The notes under the pieces are model-generated. The model was given only the letters and a program-made list of their open reading frames with translations. It searched no databases and was not told where the DNA came from. A DNA stretch of 64,000 nt from an uncultured Methanosarcinaceae archaeon. Lineage in GTDB: Archaea; Halobacteriota; Methanosarcinia; Methanosarcinales; Methanosarcinaceae. Shown piece by piece: positions 42,599-52,100 of the stretch (positions within the stretch are counted from its first letter, which is position 1; each line of letters opens with the position of its first letter). The translations under genes were made by a program, and so were the position numbers. The stretch spans positions 1 to 64,000 of the forward strand of contig CAVRJG010000038.1 of the NCBI GenBank assembly GCA_963721455.1, in the 5' to 3' direction.

Positions 42599-43059
42599 GA
42601 GATAAGATACAGGGAAAGAAGAAGGAGCCCCTGATTAAGAAGTTATGTAAAAACTGCAATAAACCCTTCTTCCCACTTTCAGCAGTAAAATTTCAGTATT
42701 TAACATTTTTACTGTTAACGATTCTCAATATAACATAAATTTATGGACTTTTGTACAGGAATTAAAGGTGGGTATGTATGAATTTAAAGACCAAAAAATG
42801 ACAGCATTCAATTTTCATCGAGTTTCATTTTGATTTTAGATTATTTTCAAATTTTCAAAAACGTTATCGAAGAAATAGTGATTTCCGAAAAAAAATACTT
42901 CGGAATGTGGGTTCTTTACAGAAAACCCGAAAAAGAAACATGTTCCTGAAGGGTTATATACTCGGATTAAAAAAGAAGCAAAAAGAGAATTGAAATATTA
43001 ATTATCCTGCTTTTTGACAACCCATTTACCATTATCTGAAACCATAATTCCAGATTCTA

Positions 43060-45833
43060 TTAACTCTTTGTATTACCTGCACTCTCAATTCCTTTAGAGT
43101 GTTCACCCAACAGTTTAGCATTCTGAGTACGCATATGGTCAGCACCTAGTTTATTTTCGAATATCTGCAGCGAGCGTTCAAATAGGGGTAAAGCATAATC
43201 GCCCTTTCCAGCACATCCGTCAATAATTCCTAGATCCAATAATGATATTGCGAAATCAACGTGATCATTTCCTAGACTTTTCCCCCGAATATCAAGTGCC
43301 TGTTGGCAAAATTCGTGAGCTTTTTCAAATTCATGTGTTTCAATATAGAGATTTCCCATGTTGTTCATAATTAATGCAACCATGGAGTGTTCCTGTCCCA
43401 GACTATTTCTAGCTGTATTTAAGGCTCTTTGATAAAATTCGAGGGCTTTCTCATAATTATCCATTATGCGATATGTAACAGCTATGTTATTTAATAAACT
43501 CACAACCTTTGAGTTTTCTGACCCTAAATGATATTCAGTTACTTGTAAAGCTCGTTGATAAGCCTCCAATGCATCATCGCATCTATGCATATATTGATAA
43601 GCAGATCCTAAATTGGCTAATGTTTCTGCAATAATTATGTGATTTTCTTCCAATTTCTCTTCTGCAATTTCAACAGCCCTTTGACAGTATTTCACCCCAT
43701 CTTCAATATTGTCCATTAGAGTACACAGCGCCCCTAAGGTGGACAGGCTTTGTGCAACTACAGGATGTTTAGGGCCAAGCTTTTTTTTGTTTATATTAAA
43801 TGCTTTTTGAGCAAGGGCAAAAGCTTCGTTATAATTACCTAATTGCTGATGAATTACTGCTAGATTTTCTGCCGTTTTAGCAACTTCGAGATCTTCTTCC
43901 CCCAAAAGAGCTTCTCGAACAATTAGAGCTTCCTGGCATAGCTCCATTGCTTTGTTATACTGACCTAAGAATTGATAAGTCATTGCCATATTTTGTTGTA
44001 CAAGTGCAAAATAAAGAGGCTCTTTGTTAACTTCATTCTGAAGTATGTAAAGTGCCTTTTGTTGCAGTGTAAGCGCTTTTTCATACTCACCAATACCCGT
44101 ATAAGAATTTGCTAAATCGTTAGATGCCATTGCAATTGCAAGGTCATCAATTACAAGGTCAACCCCTCTATATTTTTTGCCTAAATTTTTTTCATATATT
44201 TCAAGAACTTGTTGGTAATACGATATTGCTTCGTTGTATCTCCCTCTATCTTCACTTAAATAAGCTAATTTTTTCGTAAGAATTCCAACATAAGGATGTT
44301 CTGGCCCGAGCCTTTCCTTAAAAACCTCAACAAGATCGTTAAACATCGGATAAATTGTTTTCCAGTATCCAGCTTTATCAAATGTTTCGGTATATTCAAT
44401 AATCCATCCACCTAAGTCGTCGAATTCCAATACTTCTTTTGCATGATAATAAGCTTCGATTAATGCAATTTCATGTTCTTGGGTGATCGATTTTACATCG
44501 ATGTCTTTGATTTTATTACTATAGTAATTATGCAAAAATAGATGAACTTCTTTTCTATATGTCGCATCTTGATGTTCTTGAAGACTTTTCCTCATTAACT
44601 GGTGGAGTGAAAAACTATCATCCTTGACCTCTTTAATAAAAGAATATTTAATCAAGTCTGTAAATTCGCCAGATGAATAAGTTGGATTGAATTTTTTTAT
44701 CAATAATTCAAATAGATTTCGATCCCATGAATTCGGTGCTGAAAGTATATTAAGAGTTCTTTTTTCATTTTTATCAAGGTACTTCACAAACGTGTCAAAT
44801 ATCTCTTTCTTTGTACCTGCGAAGTTTTTAGCTTCGGGTTTTTTGTTCCTACTTACTTGCTCGTAAGTATCAACAGACAGGTTAAGGTAGTATGGAACTC
44901 CTTCGCTTGCTTTAACTATTACACCTCGAATGTCTTCCTCTTCTATATATTCGTTTAAGAATTGTTCACTATATTTTTCTGGTAGATCCTCTATCAGGCA
45001 CTCTTTATACACATTTTCCCAGTCTTGCTCGTCGTCTACCCAGAGTGATTTTATCTGTTCTCTCCCACATATTACCCATGAGACTCCTGGCATATTGGGA
45101 ATTAGGCATTCTCGTATCCATTTATCTTTTTCATGAAACTACCTTTTCCCCGCAGTCTGTCCCAAAGAGCTTCATAAGTATCAATAAAAATACAAGCTCT
45201 TGAATTATGCCTAAACTACCTGTAAAATCTGCAGCAAAAATACCAGGCAATTTCTTTTCGATTTCATGAGCTTCCATAGATTCAAGTTTATTTATGTCTA
45301 TAGGCAACTCTCTCAAAAATCTTCTACTTTTTCAGGGGCTTGTTTATAGTATCAACTATCCGTTTTGCAGGTATCGATCTAAAGGTCCAAATGCGGTTTC
45401 ATTAAGAGCATTTAGTACACTCGTGAAAAAACCATCTTCTTTAATCATTGGATATGTCTCTTTATTCAACGGAATATCAGGCCTACTTTTTTTTCGAAAA
45501 TATGGCATGAGCCAAGTTAAACGATAAAACCTCACATTGCGTTTTTTCTGAATTTTGTTCCTGAGTGCTATTAAAAAAGTACTCACATTTCTATGGGATC
45601 GTTTTCCAAATCCATAGATACCCAAAGCATTTCAGGGTAATCTCCGTGTTCAATATATATTGCAACTCATGTTGCAACTCGCTTTTACCAATGCCTGCTA
45701 TACCATAGTAAAATAGAGCATTATAATCTTGATTATTAGGGTTTTGAATGAAGTTTTTAAAATTATCAATGCAAGTTTCGCGATCAACAAAAACTCTTTC
45801 CTTCCTAAAATAATCAGTCGGATGAAGTGCCAT
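43060..45833 (-). pseudogene. STAND-like P-loop NTPase-TPR protein, 5' part broken by several frameshifts
   Basis: FVDRE and Walker A GIAGIGKS in 45591..45833, fragments through 45131, then GVPYYL and kinesin-light-chain-type TPRs (LGPEHP) in 43060..45093. Confidence 0.85.
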
Positions 45834-46010
45834 TTATAAAAAATCTCCACAAGCTCAATCGCCGTTTTTACCTCGGAACTTCTGATACATTTATTAGTCG
45901 ACCTATATTACATTTTGGAAATTTTTAATACATTATTATGATTATTTTGTTACAAACGGATTAATTTTTCTGATATTCGTAACTGTTTGATATTTTAGAT
46001 ATTCTACATA

Positions 46011-46079
46011 CTATGCTTTTCTAAACTTAGTTGTTCTACATCATATGGGAATACGGAAATTGTTTAGACCGATTACCGT
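46011..46079. repeat. Conserved non-coding motif, copy 2
   Basis: AACTTAGTTGTTCTACATCATATGGGAATAC...GACCGATTACCGT matches 39411..39476. Confidence 0.7.
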
Positions 46080-46223
46080 CCAATTAAACACAAAAACAGA
46101 TTACGAAATTTGTATTAAGCCTCAAAATAAGCCTGTTGATATCTTTTTTACTGCGTTTAATTTTTGTTCCATTTACTCAAAATATTGAATCTAAGTTTAT
46201 TGTGCTATTGGGATTTATGAATA

Positions 46224-46489
46224 AAATACATTCAGGCTACTGGTCTGATTTACATTGGAAAGGAAGCAAATAATATTGAGGAATAGCCTTTGGATGTAAC
46301 TAGACCATAGATTTCCATTAATGTGGAAGAGATTAAGTAGAATATTTTGCTGTTAAGCCCTGAAGAAGCCAGAAAAATAGGACTCAAGTACGAAGTGCTT
46401 TAGCTTATTTGAAGAAAAAAGCAAAGAAAGGAATATTAAATTTAAATACCAAAAATATGAGGAAAGTTCTGAAGTATTATTACTCTTGA
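46224..46489 (+). pseudogene. Fragment B (extreme C-terminus) of the putative family-B DNA polymerase
   Basis: KYIQATGLIYIGKEANNIEE*PLDVTRP*ISINVEEIK*NILLLSPEEARKIGLK / RSALAYLKKKAKKG. Assignment is from recall. Confidence 0.5.
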
Positions 46490-46582
46490 ACGTGTGAATA
46501 TAAGCCAATATTATTAATTCTGATGCATGAAGCTGGTTTATTGACTAGCTTCATGAATGAGTTATGGGAAAATTTAGGTTCT

Positions 46583-46642
46583 GAGTTAAACAGCATCCGA
46601 GTTAAACAACAACTAAGCTAAACAATACCAAGTTAAACAACC
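46583..46642. repeat. Four RAGYTAAACA direct repeats at 15-16-bp spacing
   Basis: Read directly. Followed at 46643-46681 by KKLGFSRGSLHL (fragment 4). Confidence 0.7.
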
Positions 46643-46730
46643 AAAAAATTAGGGTTTTCTAGAGGTTCTTTGCATTTGATAACCTTATCACAGAATATTT
46701 TTTTGATTTTTCTGTGTTTTATTCGTTTTC

Positions 46731-48180
46731 TTAGATATTGTCCAATCTTTTATCTTCCGAAAATAGCATTTCATAATTGATCGCTAATATTAGCCTGTAT
46801 GCGTTATTTAGCCTTATATTTTTAAATTTTCTCCAAAACCCCCCTGAATAATAAAGATACATACCAATAACTAAAAGAACAAAGTTTTCTACCATGTTAT
46901 TATTTATCTCATTTGTTTGTAACCACATTATTAACATAATAATACCGAATATAATTGGAATGGCTCCATACAATATATTCGCTACTTCTATGATTTTGTA
47001 TCCATATTTTTGTTTTACTATTTGAGTTCCCTAATGACAGGATTAGTGCATAGAAGGTGACCAAAATATACGCGATTACAATACCGGCACCTAGTCTTGT
47101 AATAATATCGAAAGGAATTATTTTTGATGTAATTATAGACTCCAAGTTGGAGGACATTGGTGGTGTTAAAATCGAAAAATTAAGCCAGTATAAAGAAAAA
47201 GATTTGTAGGATCTAAAAAATGGGAGTATCTATCAACCCAAATCCCGTTAAAATATTGGTGTGAGTTGAAGACAAATCTTGATGTATATCATTTACTAGT
47301 TGGTTTGCACAAACCAGCATAAATTGAAGTTCTTTTTCTCTATAATTTTTGAGGTCTAACTCTTTACTATTTAAAATGGAACCATAAATTTTATCGTGTA
47401 ATTGATATGGACTTGGCTCAATACGAATTTCTTTATATAGTAAGTTATTTTCATATTTAGATATTTTATAAAGAAAATAATTTTCAGGCGTAGCCTTAGT
47501 CATATTTTTTTCTGTTTGAATTGGAATTAAGCCAATTATTTACCCAGTCAAAATAAGGTATTATACTTACCGCGAATACTATTATAATTAATAAAGGTAG
47601 CCATTCTAAAGCATGATGAAAACTATTGACAAACACATCAATGAGAAGAAAACAACCTAAAATAATAAGAAAAATTAGGGGATATCTGATTGTTTCTTTT
47701 TTTGCTATTTTGGAGGTTATTTTGACAATAGTTGTGAAAAATAAAAGACTGAGATACTAAGTAGACACTGCCATAAAAGGACAAAAAGAAAGAAATATGA
47801 GAATCGGAGGAAATATAGAAAGTAGTTGAAATTAAAAAAAGTATAAGTGAAATTAAAAATCCTTTGGCATATTTATAATCATAACCTCTATCCTCAATTC
47901 GAAATAAAAAGAATAGAATTACAAGCGCAGATAAAAAACTAAAATAGCTTAACGCGATCTCCAATATAGACTCAAATGATGAGGGGTTTCTTAAGATTAA
48001 ATCTATAGAAAAAATCAACAAATATGAGAATATCCATTTGGCGAAGGAGTTAAATGTATAAGAATTTTTGTAAATTTTAAACCACCCATAGTAAACTGAA
48101 AGAAAGAACGGCTAAAACACCTATAATCAAAACTAAGTACACAGCTAACATGATTTCAGTAGGAATTCCGGTTTCCACAA
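46731..48180 (-). pseudogene. Fragmented, very AT-rich multi-pass membrane protein gene(s)
   Basis: Four consecutive hydrophobic ORF pieces in different frames. Confidence 0.5.
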
Positions 48181-48347
48181 TATCCTCTTTTAAAATATTG
48201 TATTCTTGGTTAATAGTATGGAAAAACAAGGCGTTCTATATAAACATTTTTAAATATTATTATAAATATATTAAGGATGTGAGATGAATATCAGTTTTTA
48301 ATTTCAATTTTTTAAGTTAGTTATTTTTTCAATAGATCAATATAAAA

Positions 48348-48582
48348 CCTACTTTCGGCAGGTAACTTGTATTTTTCACAATATATTTACTGCTAGCGTT
48401 TTTGCTGGAAAACACATATTGTCTGATACCAAACGTTATTGCAAAATTGGTTCATTGTTCATATATGTCGTGAGATTTGGGTTATACGTTAACCAGTTAC
48501 AAACCCAATATATATTTGCATAATGTTTGAAAAACGCCATCAGTAAAAATTTAATATCTAATGTCGACCTGCCGAATGTAGG
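48348..48582. mobile_element. 235-bp fold-back, MITE-like element
   Basis: Termini CCTACTTTCGGCAGGT / ACCTGCCGAATGTAGG (15/16), plus nested internal inverted arms. Confidence 0.7.
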
Positions 48583-48742
48583 ATAAAAGAGAAATCTGAG
48601 TTCTTTTGTCAAGTCAATTGTCGTTTGTCGAAAAAGAGTTTACTTATTTTTTGGTTAGGGCAGCTTTTGGAAAAAACAGTGCTGTGGATATTTATCAGTT
48701 GCGTACACTTTATTTGAGATCCCTATTATTCCTCCCTACAAG

Positions 48743-48765
48743 TGCGAGGGGTAGGATTCGAACCT
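48743..48765 (-). other. Isolated tRNA 3'-end fragment (probably tRNA-Leu), att-like
   Basis: AGGTTCGAATCCTACCCCTCGCA forms a T-arm, 3' acceptor strand and discriminator. The 5' half is absent. Confidence 0.75.
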
Positions 48766-49174
48766 TTATCCTTAATTAACTGACTTCATTGACCTGCATA
48801 CTTTAACTGTTTTCAATTACTCAAAAATCGGCATGTTTATTCACTTGCAAAGTAAAATAAGTTGCAAATTAAGAACAGAGTACAGGAATTTAACAATACT
48901 ATAAAAGGAATGATAATATGACTGGGAATACGGATAAAGGGAAAAAGAAGACAAAATCACAGGAAACGTCTGCATGTACAACAGATGCTCAGAATCAGGG
49001 AGAGAAACCAAAGAGAAAATGTTGTAAGAAGAAATAAAAAATCAGTTTGTAATTTATTGTTTTTATTCCATGTTTTTTCATTTCAAAGAGACCTTTTAGG
49101 AAGGAGTCTTTTGAAAAAAAAGGTTTGGAAAAGACTCCTTCTTCCTGTGGGGAATCTTTTCTCTGGCAGAAACC

Positions 49175-52100
49175 TTAGTAGAGGTTTTCGCTGGAACGTT
49201 CTTCGTTTTGAATGCATTTTAAGGCTTCAAGTTTCCTTTTCGCATCTGCCATGTCAGGATAGAGGCGCAGGATTTCACTGAAAGTCCTTATGGCTTCGTC
49301 GTACTTTTCCATTTTTCCGAGGATAACTCCTCTGTAATTCATGGACTGGGCATCGCGGGGGTTTATTCTGAGCAGTTTGTCAAAGGCTTTCAGGGCTTCC
49401 TCGTATTCTCCGATTTTTGCAAGGGAGATGCCGAAATATTTCAGGGACTGCTCGTGCCAGGGGTTAAGGGCTAGGGCTTCGCCAAATGCCCTGCATGCAG
49501 TCTCGTAAAGTTTCTGTTTGAAGCAGACAACCCCTACATTATAGATTGCTTTGATGTTCTCAGGGTCTTTTTCCAGCACAAGGTCAAAAGACCGCAGGGC
49601 TTCCCTGTACAGTTCGAGCGTGCAGAAGGCAATTCCCTTATAGTTCAGGGCATCGAGGTTCTCAGGGGAGATCTCAAGGATGCGGTCAAAATAGCTCAGG
49701 GATTCCTGCGCCCGGTCAAGCTTGATAAGGGTCGTGGCTGCGTTGTAAAGGGCTTCTTCATTCTTCGGATTGAAAAGTGCGGCTTTTTCAAAGGCTTTCA
49801 GGGCTTCTTCCGGGCTTTCGAGTTCCAGAAGGCAGAGCCCCAGATAGTTCAGGCTTTCAGGGTCTTCGGGCGCGGCTTCCAGCAGCATTCCAAAGGTTTC
49901 GGCAGCAGCCTCGTACTCTTCAAGGTTGAAAAGCACAAGAGCGCTGTGATAGAGGGCTTCCCTGTGCGCCGGGTCTTGCTCCAGAATTATACCAAAAGCC
50001 TCCAGGGCTTTTTCATATTCCTCAAGCTCCATTCTGGCAATCCCGAGCCTGTAACAGGCTTCAATAAAGTCCGGGAAATCAGGGGCAAGCAGGAGTACCC
50101 TTTCAAGGTCCCGCGCAGCTTCCTTGAAGTGCTGGAGCTTGAAATTAGCCACTGACCGGCTGTAGAGAGCGTTTATGTTTTCAGGGTTCAGGACCAGAGC
50201 CGAGTTGAAAGCCAGGCGGGCTTCCTCGTAACCATCCAGTCCAAGAAGGGCAAGCCCCTTTTGCTCCCAGGCAGCTTCCAGAGCCGAATCGAGCTCCACT
50301 GCCCTTTCAAAAGCTTCTACCGCTTGCTGGTCCCGTTCAAGCCCCCTTAAAGCAAGCCCTGTTACGTACCAGATATCTGCAGCCTCTGGTTTTGCCTCGA
50401 GGATTTTTCCAAATGCCTCAAGGGCTGCTTCATAGCCTCCCAATTTGAGCTGGGCAAGCCCCATTTTCGTCCAGGCGTCTCCTGTCTCGAAATCATTTAA
50501 TTTATTTTTCAATCCGGGGCTTTCCTTCTGGTTTTCCAGGACAGCCTGCTCGAAGGCTTCGAGGGCTTCAGCATAGTATTCCAGAGAAAAGAGAGCAAGC
50601 CCTCTCCCGTACCATGCCTTTTCAAAGTCCGGATAGAGCGAAAGAAGTTCTGAAAACACCTCAAGGGCTTCTTCCAGCCTGCCGAGTTCCAGAAGCACAA
50701 TCCCTTTGCCGTAAAGAAGCTCTTTCGAAGCTGGTCTGCTCGCTGTAAGCTTTCCAAGTGGCAGCAGGGCTTCTTCATATTTCCCAAGTTTTATCAGGGA
50801 GGATGCAAACCTTTCAAGGAGCTCTCCAAAAGCCTGAGAGTTTTCAAAAGCCGGATTTTCTCCTGTACTTTCTCCTCCGTTTTCTTCCATATCCTCCCCG
50901 GTGTTTCCCCTATTAAAGTTCTCAGCTGCAAGTTCGAGAAGGGAATTAACCGCAGAAACAGCTTCTTCCAGCCTTCCGAGTTCAAAGAGGGCAAGGGCTT
51001 TCTTGTGCAGAACCTCAGGGTCGGTTGCTCCTGCTTTAAGGGCAATGTCAAAGGCTTCCACTGCTTTTTCATATTCTTCGAGTTCGAAGCAGGAAATTCC
51101 TGCATAATATGGCAATTCGGGCTTCTGGCAGCCGAGGTCAAGCGCGTTTTCAAAGGAGTCCAGGGCTTCTTCAAAGTTCCCCAGCCTGAAAAAGGCAATA
51201 GCTCTGGAGTAATGCAAATCTTCTTTTTTCGGGCAGTATTCCAGAGCCGCTTTAAACGCCTCAACTGCTTCCTGATATTCCTCAAGTTCAAAATGAGTAT
51301 ACCCTTTCTGCTCAAGGGCATAAGTACAGTCAGGCTTCAGTTTAAGGACTGAATCAAAGATGGCTGAAGCCTCCTTTACTTCTCCAAAGGCTTTTAACAC
51401 AACCCCTTTTCTAAAAAGGATTGTTTTTCGCTCCGGATTCTTCCTCAGAACCATATCAAAGATCTCAAGAGCTTCTGCGTAAAGCCCCTGTTTGAAGCAG
51501 GCTGTGCTCAGGTGTGCAAGAGCTTCAACATTGGACGGCCCCCTCTTAATGACCTCCCTGAAACCTGAAGCAGATTCTTCATATCTTCCTGACCGTAATA
51601 GAGAGAGGCTCTTCATGTAAAGAGCATCAGGGTTTCCGAAGTCTGTTTTAAGTACTGTCTCAAAAGCTCTTAAGGCACCCTCAAAATTCCCCAATTCGAA
51701 ACAGGAAAGCCCAAGCTGGTAACAGGCGTCCTGGAAGGCAGGGTCGATTTCAAGGACTTTTTTGAAGTCCCTGACAGCATCCTCATGCTGCTTTAGTTTT
51801 GAGTGGGATATGCCTCTTAAATACCAGGCTTCTGCAAACAGGGAATCCTGTTCAATAAGCCTTGAAAAAACCTCAAGCGCTTTTTCATAAGCTTCCTGCC
51901 TGATAAGTACACGTCCTTTCCAGTAAAGCGCAGAGGAGTTCTGTGCAGAGGGATCCCGTGCAGAGGAGTTTTGTGCAAAAGAATTTTTCCCGGAACCCTC
52001 AGCCATCTCTTCAAAAACAGAAAGGGCTTTATCGTACTTTCCTGATTCGAAGCTGGCAATCCCAAGATAATACCTGGCTTCTTCCCTGCCAGGGTCAAGT

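Noticed and set aside
47213-47215. TAG as pyrrolysine read-through joining the membrane ORFs
   Set aside because: The next ORF (start 47157) is in a different frame.
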